A stretch of DNA of 64,000 bases. It comes from an uncultured delta proteobacterium. Its GTDB lineage: Bacteria; Myxococcota; Kuafuiibacteriia; Kuafuiibacteriales; Kuafuiibacteriaceae. Position numbers and translations under genes: made by a program. Numbering within the stretch: the first letter of the stretch is position 1; the number at the start of each line of letters is the position of its first letter. Location: the NCBI GenBank assembly GCA_963803435.1, contig CAWDML010000008.1, forward strand, positions 256,001-320,000, in the 5' to 3' direction. The notes below the pieces were generated by a model. It did no database searches. It was given only the letters and a program-made list of their open reading frames with translations, and was not told the DNA's origin. Of this stretch, positions 28,809 to 38,301 are shown in pieces.

Positions 28809-30086
28809 TCACGGGGTCAGCACACCGTCGATCTTGTGCACGACGCCGCTGAGCGTCCGGATGTCGGCACCGACGACGTTCACGGTGCTGCCGCTGCCGT
28901 CCGTGATCGAGACATTCCCCTGGGCATCCACGTGCACCGTCAGCGTCCCGTTCAGCGTGGTGAGCTCGAGCCCGTCCGTCAGTGAGGACGTCGTCACCTG
29001 CATCGGCACGATGTGGTGCTGCAGCACGGCCGCGCCCGGAGCGACGCTCGAGGTGAACGCCGAGTCGATCGGCGCAAATAGGGTGATGGCGGACTCGCCC
29101 ATGAGCGTGTCCGGATCCACCGCCGCCTTGATGTTCCCCGGCGCGGCGGCGAGGAGCGCAGCCAGCGAGGACGTCTCGGTGTCGGACGCGATCAGCTCGG
29201 GGATCGTCGGCGGCATCAGCACGCTGGTGACCTCGTCGAGCAGGCCGTTGTCCGTGGGGAGATCGACGGCTGCACCGAACGGGCTGGTCGCCGGCACGGT
29301 GTACGTCGTGTTCGCGGCGGTCATCAGCTCGGTGCCCGCGCTGATCGACGCCGTCATCACCGCTCCCGGGACCACGTGGTACAGGAGGATGTTGCTGAGC
29401 ACGTCCGCCGCCGGAAGATCGCCGAGCGCGGTGAACGCGTCCTCGTTCGGTGCGAACACCGTGTACGTCGCGTCGGGTGACGTGAGCGTGTCGACCAACC
29501 CGGCCGTCGCCGCCGCCGAAGCAAAGGTGGTGAAGCCGTTCTCGTTGGCGACGTCGATGACGGAGCCGGGCCCCGACGGCGGATCGATGGGCGTCGGGAC
29601 CGAGTCGATCACGTAGAGGACGCCGTTGAAGGCCTGGAGGCCGGCCTTCACGACGGTCGCCTCGGTGTCGTCAGCGCCGTGGACGTGGATGGTCGATCCG
29701 GTGACCGAGATCGGGATGGCCGATCCGAGCGCGTTATCGAGGGCATCCGCCGTCATGACCAGCGACGTGTCCCGCCGTCCGCCCACCGTCAGGTAGAGCA
29801 GGTACCGGTTGATCTGGGCCTTGTCGTTCTTGACGTCGGACGGCACCGAGTTCCAGGCGGCGTCGTTCGGCGCGAAGATCGTGAGCTGCGACCGGCTGGT
29901 CGTGAGCGCGTCCGAGAGGCCGCCCGTGCCGGCCAGATCGATGAACTGCGTGAGACCCTCTTGCATCGCGAGATCGAGGAGACTGTCCTTGATGGGTTCA
30001 GACATGGTGCCGCGAAACTGGTCGTCGCATCCGACGGCGAGGATCGCTGACACCGAGAGCAGCGTAAGAATTCGAGGGGCTACCAT
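28809..30086 (-). CDS. Fasciclin (FAS1) repeat lipoprotein, three domains
   Basis: Lipobox LAVGC; three TxFAPxxxAF/W motifs; NGVLYVID / SGVVHKIDGVL. Confidence 0.9.
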   Translation of the reverse strand: MVAPRILTLLSVSAILAVGCDDQFRGTMSEPIKDSLLDLAMQEGLTQFIDLAGTGGLSDALTTSRSQLTIFAPNDAAWNSVPSDVKNDKAQINRYLLYLTVGGRRDTSLVMTADALDNALGSAIPISVTGSTIHVHGADDTEATVVKAGLQAFNGVLYVIDSVPTPIDPPSGPGSVIDVANENGFTTFASAAATAGLVDTLTSPDATYTVFAPNEDAFTALGDLPAADVLSNILLYHVVPGAVMTASISAGTELMTAANTTYTVPATSPFGAAVDLPTDNGLLDEVTSVLMPPTIPELIASDTETSSLAALLAAAPGNIKAAVDPDTLMGESAITLFAPIDSAFTSSVAPGAAVLQHHIVPMQVTTSSLTDGLELTTLNGTLTVHVDAQGNVSITDGSGSTVNVVGADIRTLSGVVHKIDGVLTP

Positions 30087-30136
30087 GCTGATGGCTCCTC
30101 GCCGTTTCCAAGATCCGCGTCAAGATCGGACGTCGA

Positions 30137-30154
30137 CGTTGACGTGCATCAACG
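30137..30154. promoter_or_regulatory. FNR/CRP-family-like binding site candidate
   Basis: cgTTGAC-gtgc-ATCAAcg, one mismatch from TTGAT-N4-ATCAA, between the divergent fasciclin gene and TonB2 operon. Confidence 0.45.
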
Positions 30155-30296
30155 CCGCGCGAGAGGGGTTGCGGCCGCTTGCACTGTTGATCGCATCCGG
30201 ATCACTCGGGCGATCTTCCACCGTCCGACGGTGACTTGGCGTCGGCAAGTTGAGTTGACTTTGGTGACCGCGCCATGACAACCCCGTGTGGCGCCG

Positions 30297-31085
30297 ATGA
30301 CAAAGAACCTCGTCTCAAGATGTCTGATTGCGGGCGGATTCGCGCTGCTCTTCGGTCTTGGAACCCCGGCCCGATCCAGCGCCGGGGACCTCGATCAGGC
30401 CATCAATCTGGTGCTCCGCATGAACGAAGCGGCGGCCCAGGGCCAGGAGAAGGTCGACAAGCTCGACGACGACACGGCCGACCTGCTGAACCGCTACCGC
30501 ACCACGCAGCAGCGGATCGAGTCGATGAAGCTCTACGATAAACAGGTTGGAGAGCTCGTACAGGCGCAGCGGGACCAGCTGAGCCAGATCCAGGGCCGCA
30601 TCGACGCCGCCACCAACGTCGGCCGCGAGATCACGCCGCTCCTCCTCCGCATGCTCGACGTCCTCGATCAGTTCGTACAGCTCGACATCCCGTTCCTTCC
30701 CAAGGAGCGGAGAGAGCGGATCGCTCGGCTGCGCGAGATGATGGGCAAACCGGACGTCACCGAGGCCGAGAAGTACCGGCGCATCCTGGAGGCCTATCAG
30801 ATCGAGAACGAGTACGGCCGGACGATCGAGGCGTACCAGGGCGAGCTGAAGGTCGACGCTGCCACACTGACCGTCACCTTCCTCCGCGTGGGTCGTCTCG
30901 CCCTCGTCTATCAGACGCTCGACGGTGAGAAGGTCGGCGCCTGGGATCAGACGAAGGGCGCCTGGGTCGATCTCCCGCAGGACTACTTCGCGGACATCAA
31001 CCGCGGGATGAAGATCGCCAAAAAACAGGCGCCGCCCGCGCTGATCTTCCTCCCCATTCAGGCCCCCGAGGAGGTGCAGAAATGA
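30297..31085 (+). CDS. DUF3450-family TonB2-system periplasmic protein (TtpB-like)
   Basis: Coiled coil plus LDIPFLPKERRERI, AEKYRRILEAYQIENEYGR, FLRVGRLALVYQTLDG. Confidence 0.9.
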   Translation: MTKNLVSRCLIAGGFALLFGLGTPARSSAGDLDQAINLVLRMNEAAAQGQEKVDKLDDDTADLLNRYRTTQQRIESMKLYDKQVGELVQAQRDQLSQIQGRIDAATNVGREITPLLLRMLDVLDQFVQLDIPFLPKERRERIARLREMMGKPDVTEAEKYRRILEAYQIENEYGRTIEAYQGELKVDAATLTVTFLRVGRLALVYQTLDGEKVGAWDQTKGAWVDLPQDYFADINRGMKIAKKQAPPALIFLPIQAPEEVQK

Positions 31086-32452
31086 GAGCCGCTCTCTGCA
31101 TCGCCACCGCAGTGGTCGCGATCCTCGCCGGCGGTCCGGCGCGCGCCGCACCGGCCGGCTCGCTCGACGAGCTCCTCAACCAGGTCGAGAAGGGCTACCG
31201 CACCGAGAAGGACGCGATCGACAAGCGCGTCAACGAGTTCGCTGCCTCCAAGGAGCGGCAGAAGGAGCTCTTCCAGAAGGCGTCGGCCGAGCTGGCCGCG
31301 CTGGAGAAGCAGGGCGCGGCCTACGAGGTCGAGTTCACCAAGAACGAGCGCCTCCTCGCCGAGCAGGAGCAGGAGCTCCGCACCCGGCTGGGCAACATGG
31401 GTGAGCTCTTCGGCGTGATCCGCCAGGTCGCCGGCGATGCCCGCGCGAACCTCGACGCCTCCGTCGTCAGCGCCGAGTACCCGAAGCGCGGCGAGATCGT
31501 CGCGCCGCTCGCCGAGAGCGACTCACTGCCGTCCGTCGATCAGCTCGAGAAGCTGTGGTTCATGATGCAGCAGGAGATGACCGCCTCCGGGAAGGTCACC
31601 CGCTTCGAGGCGCCGGTCGTCCTCGCCAACGGCAAGGAGGCGAAGCAGCAGGTCGTCCGCATCGGGGCGTTCAACGTGGCCACCGGCGACAGCTATCTCG
31701 AATGGCTGCCCGACGTCGGCAAGCTCTCCGAGCTCGCGCGGCAGCCTGCGGGTCACATCCGCGCCGAGCTCAAGCATTTCACGCACGCACCGGCCGGCTC
31801 GGGCCTGGTGAAGGTCGCGCTCGATCCGTCCCGCGGTCGCATCCTCAGCCTGCTGGTGGAGACGCCCACGTTCCTCGAGCGGATCGATGAAGGCGGCGTC
31901 ATCGGCTACATCACGATCGTGATCGGCATCCTCGCCGGGATCATCGGCTTCTTCCGGCTCGCGATCCTCACCGTGATCAATGGACGGGTGAAACGCCAGA
32001 CCACCACGCGCCAGGCTTCGAGCAAGAACCCGCTCGGCCGGATCATGTCCGTCTACCAGTCGCACGCCGGCGTCGATCCCGAGACGCTCGAGAAGAAGAT
32101 GGACGAGGCGATCATCCGCGAGACCTCGCGGCTCGAGAGCCTGCTGTGGTTGGTCAAGGTGGTGTCGGTCGCGGCGCCGCTGCTCGGTCTCCTCGGCACG
32201 GTCACCGGCATGATCGCGACGTTCCAGGCGATCACGCTGTTCGGCACCGGCGATCCGAAGCTGATGGCCGGCGGCATCTCGGAGGCCCTGGTCACCACCA
32301 TGATCGGGCTGTTCGTCGCGATCCCGCTGGTCGTGCTGTACGCGGCGCTCACCAGCACGCTCCGGCGCATCACCGATGTCCTCGACGAGCAGAGCGTCGG
32401 GCTGGTCGCGCTGGCCGCCGAGCAGAGCCACGCGGAGACCGGCGATCAATGA
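31082..32452 (+). CDS. TtpC-type large MotA/TolQ/ExbB protein
   Basis: Long periplasmic N-region (LGNMGELFGVIRQ, VRIGAFN, LDPSRG) plus APLLGLLGTVTGMI..MAGGISEALVTT. Confidence 0.9.
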   Translation: MRAALCIATAVVAILAGGPARAAPAGSLDELLNQVEKGYRTEKDAIDKRVNEFAASKERQKELFQKASAELAALEKQGAAYEVEFTKNERLLAEQEQELRTRLGNMGELFGVIRQVAGDARANLDASVVSAEYPKRGEIVAPLAESDSLPSVDQLEKLWFMMQQEMTASGKVTRFEAPVVLANGKEAKQQVVRIGAFNVATGDSYLEWLPDVGKLSELARQPAGHIRAELKHFTHAPAGSGLVKVALDPSRGRILSLLVETPTFLERIDEGGVIGYITIVIGILAGIIGFFRLAILTVINGRVKRQTTTRQASSKNPLGRIMSVYQSHAGVDPETLEKKMDEAIIRETSRLESLLWLVKVVSVAAPLLGLLGTVTGMIATFQAITLFGTGDPKLMAGGISEALVTTMIGLFVAIPLVVLYAALTSTLRRITDVLDEQSVGLVALAAEQSHAETGDQ

Positions 32453-32964
32453 ACCGGCTCTACATCAACTTCCTCGAGATCACCGAGCTCGGGGGGATCA
32501 TCATGGGGCCGCTCTTCGTGGTCTGCCTCGTGATGTGGACGCTGATCGTGGAGCGGTTCGTCTACTTCTGGTTCTTCCACGCCCGGGTGGTGGCCGAGAC
32601 CAAGGCGATGTGGCGCGACCGCACCGACAAGCGCTCCTGGTACGCGGCCCGGATCCGGGAGCTCTGGATCTCGCGCGTGTCATCGCGGGCGCGGGGCTGG
32701 ACCGACGTCATCGGCACGCTGGTCAGCGTCTGCCCGCTGCTCGGCCTGCTCGGGACGGTGCTCGGGATGCTCGAGGTCTTCCATTCGATCGCGGTCTCGG
32801 GTCACGGAAACGTGCGCGCGATGGCGGCCGGCGTCTCCGAGGCCACGGTGTCGACGATGGCCGGGCTGATCGCGGCGCTGTCGGGGATGTTCTTCGGGAT
32901 CCGGCTGGTCCGGCGCGTCGAGCAGGAGCGCCGTCGGATCGACGACCTCCTGGTGATCGAGTGA
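32449..32964 (+). CDS. exbB: MotA/TolQ/ExbB proton channel protein
   Basis: CPLLGLLGTVLGMLEVF, MAAGVSEATVSTMAGL; ATG overlaps the upstream stop. Confidence 0.9.
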   Translation: MNRLYINFLEITELGGIIMGPLFVVCLVMWTLIVERFVYFWFFHARVVAETKAMWRDRTDKRSWYAARIRELWISRVSSRARGWTDVIGTLVSVCPLLGLLGTVLGMLEVFHSIAVSGHGNVRAMAAGVSEATVSTMAGLIAALSGMFFGIRLVRRVEQERRRIDDLLVIE

Positions 32965-32971
32965 GGAGCCC

Positions 32972-33386
32972 ATGAGCAGGCGGAGAACTTCGTCATCGAG
33001 CGAGGATGAGGCGAGCATCGATTCTCACGCCCATCATCGACATGTCGTTCATCATGCTGATCTTCTTCATCGTCACCGCGTCCTTCATCAAGGAGTCCGG
33101 GATCGACGTGAACAAGCCCGGTGCGGTGACCGCGGAGCGGAAGGAGCGGGCTTCCATCCTGGTGGCGATCGATCCCGAAGGCACCGTGTGGATCGACAAG
33201 CGCGCCGTCGACATCCGGGCGGTCCGCGCGAACATCGAGCGGCTGCACGCCGAGAACCCCCAGGGCTCCGTCGTCATCCAGGCCGACAAGGACTCGAAGA
33301 ACGGCATCCTCGTCCATGTGATGGACGCGGCGCGGCAGGCGGGCGTCGACAACGTCTCGCTGGCCGCGGAACCGACCGAGGAGTGA
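32972..33386 (+). CDS. exbD: ExbD biopolymer transporter (1-nt insertion frameshift at ~33022)
   Basis: MSRRR..EDEASID followed, after one extra T, by LTPIIDMSFIMLIFFIVTASF..VVIQADKDS. Confidence 0.85.
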
Positions 33387-33389
33387 GTC

Positions 33390-34007
33390 GTGGGCTTTGG
33401 GCGGTATGCGGCAGCCTTCGCGATGTCGTGCCTGATCGTCTTCGGGCTGTTTCAGTTCATGCATCGCATGGTGACGTTCGCCGAGGCCTCGCTGCGAGAG
33501 CGCAAGTCGATGGGCCGCATCGACTTCGTGCGGTTGCGCCGGGAGTCGTCCACCCAGAAGAAGGAGCGCACGCTCCCTCAGAAGCCCTCGGCGAAGCAGC
33601 AGCCCGAGGCCCCCAAGATGCAGATGCCCACCGTCGGCGGGCCGGGGGCCACCTCGATCGCCGTCGACGCGCCGCCGATGGACACGAAGGTCGACATGCA
33701 GGGTGGGCTCGATCTGGGCGCCGCGTCGAGCGACACCGAAGCGGTCCCGGTGGTGCGCGTCGAGCCGATCTATCCCCAGATCGCCGCCCAGCGGAGCATG
33801 GAGGGCTGGGTGCTGCTCAAGTTCGACATCGGACCCTCGGGGAACGTCCAGAACGCCAAGGTGGTGGAGTCGGATCCGCCGCGCATCTTCGACGAGGCGG
33901 CGCTCAACGCGGTGAAGAAGTGGAAGTACAAGCCGCAGGTCCGGGAAGGTAAGCCGCTCACGACCCGCGGCATCACGGTCCGCCTCACCTTCAAGCTGGA
34001 GAAATGA
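33390..34007 (+). CDS. tonB: Energy transducer TonB
   Basis: N-terminal TM, Pro-rich linker, C-domain PIYPQIA..EGWVLLKFDI..FDEAALNAVKKWKYKP. Confidence 0.92.
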   Translation: MGFGRYAAAFAMSCLIVFGLFQFMHRMVTFAEASLRERKSMGRIDFVRLRRESSTQKKERTLPQKPSAKQQPEAPKMQMPTVGGPGATSIAVDAPPMDTKVDMQGGLDLGAASSDTEAVPVVRVEPIYPQIAAQRSMEGWVLLKFDIGPSGNVQNAKVVESDPPRIFDEAALNAVKKWKYKPQVREGKPLTTRGITVRLTFKLEK

Positions 34008-35224
34008 TGCGTGCCGCCGTCCCTCTGCTCCTGGTGGGAGCGCTGCTGTCGGGTCCTGCCGCCCTCGCGGAAGAGGACGAGGACGCGCACAAGCAGTTCA
34101 CGGTGAGCCCCTGGGCGTACGAGCGCCTCAGCGAGGCCCACGAGCTGATCGGGAAGGGCAAGCTCGACAAGGCGATCGACGTCCTGGACGGGATCGAGCG
34201 CAAGCACCTCAACGATCACGAGAAGTCGCTGTGCCTGCAGGCCCGCAGCCACATCTTCGCGGCGAAGGAGAAGTTCAGCGAGGCCGCCAAGGTGCTGGAG
34301 CAGATGCTCGCGCTCAACGCGCTCCCCGACTCGACGCTTCAGCAGTCCCGCTACAACCTGGGCCAGCTCCACCTGGCGCTCAAGCAGTACGCGAAGGCGA
34401 TCCAGGTGTTCACCGCCTGGCTCAAGAAGGTCGAGAATCCCACGCCGGCGGCGTACTACACCATCGCTGTGGCCTATACGCAGGGGAAGCAGCTCCGGCC
34501 CGCGCTTCAGTACGCGCAGAAGGCGGTCAGCGGTACCAAGAGCCCTCAGGACAGCTGGCTCCAGCTCCTCCTGTCCCTTCAGTTCCAGCTCAAGGAGTTC
34601 GCGCCGGCGACGACGACGCTCAAGACACTGCTCGGCCGCCAGCCGAAGAAGAAGGTCTACTGGCTCCAGCTCGCATCCGCGTACGAGGAGCTCAAGGACC
34701 CGAAGCGTGCGCTCGCGGTCATGGAGCTCGCGTATCGGACCGACGTGCTCGAGCGACCGGACGAATACGTAAACTTAGTGCAACGCTTGATCTCACAAGG
34801 CGCCGCGGAGAAGGGCGCGAAGGTTCTCGAGGACGTGCTGCGCGACAAGAAGGTCCCCGAGAACGCGGACAACTTAAAGCTGTTGGCAAACGCCTGGCTA
34901 AATGCCAGAGAGCGAAAGAAGGCGCTCGAGTCGTTGAGCCGCCTGGCCAAGCTCGATTCGACGGGAAAGACGAACCTGCGGATCGCGCAGGTGAACATCG
35001 AGATGGAACGCTGGGATGAGGCCACTCGCGCGCTGAAGGCCGCCATCGCCAAGGGCGGACTGGACAACCCGGGGCAGGCCCATCTGCTGCTGGGTACGGT
35101 CTACGTCAACACGCAACGTTACGATGCCGCGCGCCAGGCATTTTCGGAAGCAAGAAAGTTCCAACAGACCGAGTCGTCGGCCACTCGATGGCTCGGCTAC
35201 CTAGAGAAACAGAAGAATCCGTAG
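34004..35224 (+). CDS. Periplasmic TPR protein (TtpD-like)
   Basis: Signal peptide and repeated TPR-like helices; position after tonB as in TonB2 operons. Confidence 0.85.
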   Translation: MMRAAVPLLLVGALLSGPAALAEEDEDAHKQFTVSPWAYERLSEAHELIGKGKLDKAIDVLDGIERKHLNDHEKSLCLQARSHIFAAKEKFSEAAKVLEQMLALNALPDSTLQQSRYNLGQLHLALKQYAKAIQVFTAWLKKVENPTPAAYYTIAVAYTQGKQLRPALQYAQKAVSGTKSPQDSWLQLLLSLQFQLKEFAPATTTLKTLLGRQPKKKVYWLQLASAYEELKDPKRALAVMELAYRTDVLERPDEYVNLVQRLISQGAAEKGAKVLEDVLRDKKVPENADNLKLLANAWLNARERKKALESLSRLAKLDSTGKTNLRIAQVNIEMERWDEATRALKAAIAKGGLDNPGQAHLLLGTVYVNTQRYDAARQAFSEARKFQQTESSATRWLGYLEKQKNP

Positions 35225-35254
35225 GGACGGCCAAGTATTCAAGGGAGGAAGAGA

Positions 35255-38224
35255 ATGCGCCGAGCTCCAAAGACATTAAGAAGGAGTCTTCGAATCGGTG
35301 GGAGAGTAGTCCTGGCGACCGCGCTCCTGGGATTGAGCGCCGGCTCAGCCCAGGCGCAGGACGTCGGCACCTCGTCCGCCAGCGAGATGCCGCCGCCGAT
35401 GGAGCCCCCACCGGCGGAACCACCGACCGCCGACGCGACCCCGCCGCCGGCCCCCGTGGCCCCGACGGAGGCCGAGAAGAAGAACGCCGAAGAGCTGGTC
35501 GTCACCGGATCGCGCATCAAGCGCGTCGATCTCGTGACGCCCGCGCCCGTCGCCGTTCTGACCAAGGAAGAGTTCCAGGACTCCGGCCTGTCGTCGATCG
35601 GCCAGATCCTGCAGAACCTGCCCTCGCAGTCGAACGCCATCAACGTCCAGTTCAACAACGGCGGTGACGGCTCGACCCGCGTCGCGCTCCGCGGCGTGGG
35701 CGACGCCCGCACGCTGGTGCTCCTCAACGGGCGCCGGTTCGTGGCCGGCGGTCTGGGCGCCGATCCCTCCGTCGATCTCAACGCGATCCCGATCTCTATC
35801 ATCGATCGCGTCGAGGTCCTGAAGGACGGCGCGTCCGCCATCTACGGTTCGGACGCCATCGGCGGCGTGGTCAACATCATCACGAAGAAGGACTTCTCCG
35901 GCGTGGAGGGCGCGGTCTACACCGGCAGCGGCCAGGTCGGCGGGCTCATCTACGACCTCTCGCTGACGGCCGGCCACACCAGCGACCGCGGCAACGTCCT
36001 CTTGTCGTTCAGCTACTACAACCAGGGCGACATCTTCGCGGGCGACCGCGACTTCTCGAACCCCGATCGCGACATCGACTACGCGTCGGGCGAGATCATC
36101 TCGCTGGGGTCGAGCTCGATCCCGCAGACGCTGATCACCGATTACGGTCCGGACGAAGGCTGCGACGGCTGCGGCAACGCGGCCTGGCAGGCGGTCGTCG
36201 CCACGGATCCCGAGGGTGGACAGTACCTCAACGACAAGCAGAACGGCGGCTGGCGTCCCTATGACGGGAGCGGCACGATGGATACCGGCGAGGGCGATCA
36301 GTACAACTATCAGCCGGAGAACTATCTCCTCACGCCGCAGACCCGCTACAGCCTGTTCGCCACCGGTAACTACGAGCTGGTCAAGCGCATGGTCAACGTG
36401 TTCGGCGAGGCGTCCTACACGAACCGGCAGTCGGATCAGCTCCTCGCGCCGGAGCCGCTCTTCACCATCACGGAGGGCATCGTCACCTCCGCCAACAACC
36501 CGTACAACCCGTTCGGACGTGACTTCATCGACATTCGGCGCCGACTCGTCGAGGCCGGTGATCGCCGCTTCCTCGAGGACGTGGACACCTACCGCGCGGT
36601 GGTGGGCATCAACGGCGGGCTGCCGGAGGGCATGAGCGTGCTCAGCGACTGGACCTGGGACGCGTCGTTCATCTACGGCCGCACCGAGGGCACCCAGACG
36701 AAGCAGGGCAGCGTGGTTCGCAGCCGGCTGATCAACGCGCTCGGACCGGGTTACATCGACGGCGACGGCGTGGCCCAGTGCGGCTCGCCGGACGCGCCCA
36801 TCGACGGCTGTGTACCGCTGGATCTGTTCGGCGGTGAAGGCGCCATCACGCCCGAGATGCTGCGATACATCCAGTACACCGGCGTGGCGCGCGGCTTCTC
36901 GCAGCAGCAGATCGTCGATGTCGGTATCGGCGGTCCGCTGTTCAGCCTCCTCGATCACGACGTCGGTCTGGCCATCGGGTACGAGTGGCGTCGTGAGGAG
37001 GGCGGGTTCCAGCCCGATCCGCTCACCGCCTCCGGCGACACCACCGGCAACAAGGGTGAGGCCACCCTGGGCAACTATCGGACGAACGCGGTGTACGGCG
37101 AGCTGGACATTCCGCTCGCGTTCAACGTCCCCGCGATCGAGCTGTTCGAGCTGACCGGCGCCCTCCGGTTCGTCAACTACAATACGTTCGGCTCCGAGCT
37201 GACGTGGAAGGCCGGCGCGCGCTGGCAGCTGTTCGAGCACCTGGCGCTCCGTGGCTCGGCCTCACGGTCGTTCCGCGGGCCGTCGGTCTCGGAGCTCTTC
37301 TCTGGTCAGGCGGACGACTTCCCGAACGTCTCGGATCCTTGCGCGGATCCGCAGACCGACGTCCAGACGGCCAACTGCACGGCGGACGGCGTTCTCAACA
37401 ACGACAACCGCACCCAGCTCCCGGCTCGCGTCGGCGGCAACCCGGATCTCGGCGCCGAGACGGCGGACGTGTTCACCGCGGGCGTCGTGTTCACGCCGAA
37501 GTTCGGGCGGTACCTCGACGGCCTGTCGGTCACGGTCGACTACTGGAACCTCGCCATCGACAACGCGATTCAGCCTGCGGGCGCGAACGTGCTCCTGGCG
37601 AACTGCTACAACAAGTCGGGCGCGGACCGGACGGACTGCGACAAGATCGTCCGCGGCGCGGGCAATCTGATCACGAGCATCGTCGACACCGAGACCAACG
37701 TCGGCGGCACGCGCACGGCGGGCATCGACATGGGCCTCATCTACCGGATCCCGACGGACATCGGGAACTTCCGCTACTCGTTCGAGGCCACCTGGCTGCA
37801 GAAGTACAACACCATTCAGCCGGACGGCTCGATCATCACGGGCAAGGGCGTGTACGACCTGGGTGTGTATCCGGACTGGAAGTTCAACACCACGCTGAGC
37901 TACGGCATCAAGGGCTTCGCGATCGGCTTCAATGTTCGCTTCGTGAACGGCTTCAAGGAGTGCGAGGGCGATATCTGCACTCCGGATCCGGACACGGGTG
38001 AGATCCCGCCGCAGCGCAACGTGGACTCGTGGGTGAGCGGAGACGTGTTCGCCAGCTACCAGCTCGCTTGGGACTGGGGCTTGACGGACCTCTCGGCTGG
38101 CATCAACAACATCGCGAATGCGACGCCGCCGTTCATCGACAACGGTTTCCTCGCAAACTCGGATGCCTCCACCTACGACTACATCGGCCGGTACTTCTAC
38201 TTCCGTCTCGGCCATACCTTCTAA
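35255..38224 (+). CDS. TonB-dependent outer-membrane receptor
   Basis: TonB box EELVVTGSRI; plug RTLVLLNGRR and IDRVEVLKDGASAIYGSDAIGGVVNIIT; C-terminal GRYFYFRLGHTF. Confidence 0.95.
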   Translation: MRRAPKTLRRSLRIGGRVVLATALLGLSAGSAQAQDVGTSSASEMPPPMEPPPAEPPTADATPPPAPVAPTEAEKKNAEELVVTGSRIKRVDLVTPAPVAVLTKEEFQDSGLSSIGQILQNLPSQSNAINVQFNNGGDGSTRVALRGVGDARTLVLLNGRRFVAGGLGADPSVDLNAIPISIIDRVEVLKDGASAIYGSDAIGGVVNIITKKDFSGVEGAVYTGSGQVGGLIYDLSLTAGHTSDRGNVLLSFSYYNQGDIFAGDRDFSNPDRDIDYASGEIISLGSSSIPQTLITDYGPDEGCDGCGNAAWQAVVATDPEGGQYLNDKQNGGWRPYDGSGTMDTGEGDQYNYQPENYLLTPQTRYSLFATGNYELVKRMVNVFGEASYTNRQSDQLLAPEPLFTITEGIVTSANNPYNPFGRDFIDIRRRLVEAGDRRFLEDVDTYRAVVGINGGLPEGMSVLSDWTWDASFIYGRTEGTQTKQGSVVRSRLINALGPGYIDGDGVAQCGSPDAPIDGCVPLDLFGGEGAITPEMLRYIQYTGVARGFSQQQIVDVGIGGPLFSLLDHDVGLAIGYEWRREEGGFQPDPLTASGDTTGNKGEATLGNYRTNAVYGELDIPLAFNVPAIELFELTGALRFVNYNTFGSELTWKAGARWQLFEHLALRGSASRSFRGPSVSELFSGQADDFPNVSDPCADPQTDVQTANCTADGVLNNDNRTQLPARVGGNPDLGAETADVFTAGVVFTPKFGRYLDGLSVTVDYWNLAIDNAIQPAGANVLLANCYNKSGADRTDCDKIVRGAGNLITSIVDTETNVGGTRTAGIDMGLIYRIPTDIGNFRYSFEATWLQKYNTIQPDGSIITGKGVYDLGVYPDWKFNTTLSYGIKGFAIGFNVRFVNGFKECEGDICTPDPDTGEIPPQRNVDSWVSGDVFASYQLAWDWGLTDLSAGINNIANATPPFIDNGFLANSDASTYDYIGRYFYFRLGHTF

Positions 38225-38246
38225 GCTCGACTCGGTTCACAACCCA

Positions 38247-38276
38247 CCTCGAGGGCGCGTGACGGCGCCCTCGAGG
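38247..38276 (+). terminator. Stem-loop downstream of the receptor gene (terminator or mRNA stabiliser)
   Basis: CCTCGAGGGCGC-gtgacg-GCGCCCTCGAGG, perfect 12-bp stem; no U-tract. Confidence 0.55.
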
Positions 38277-38301
38277 GTCGACACGGATCCATGGCGGCGT
38301 T

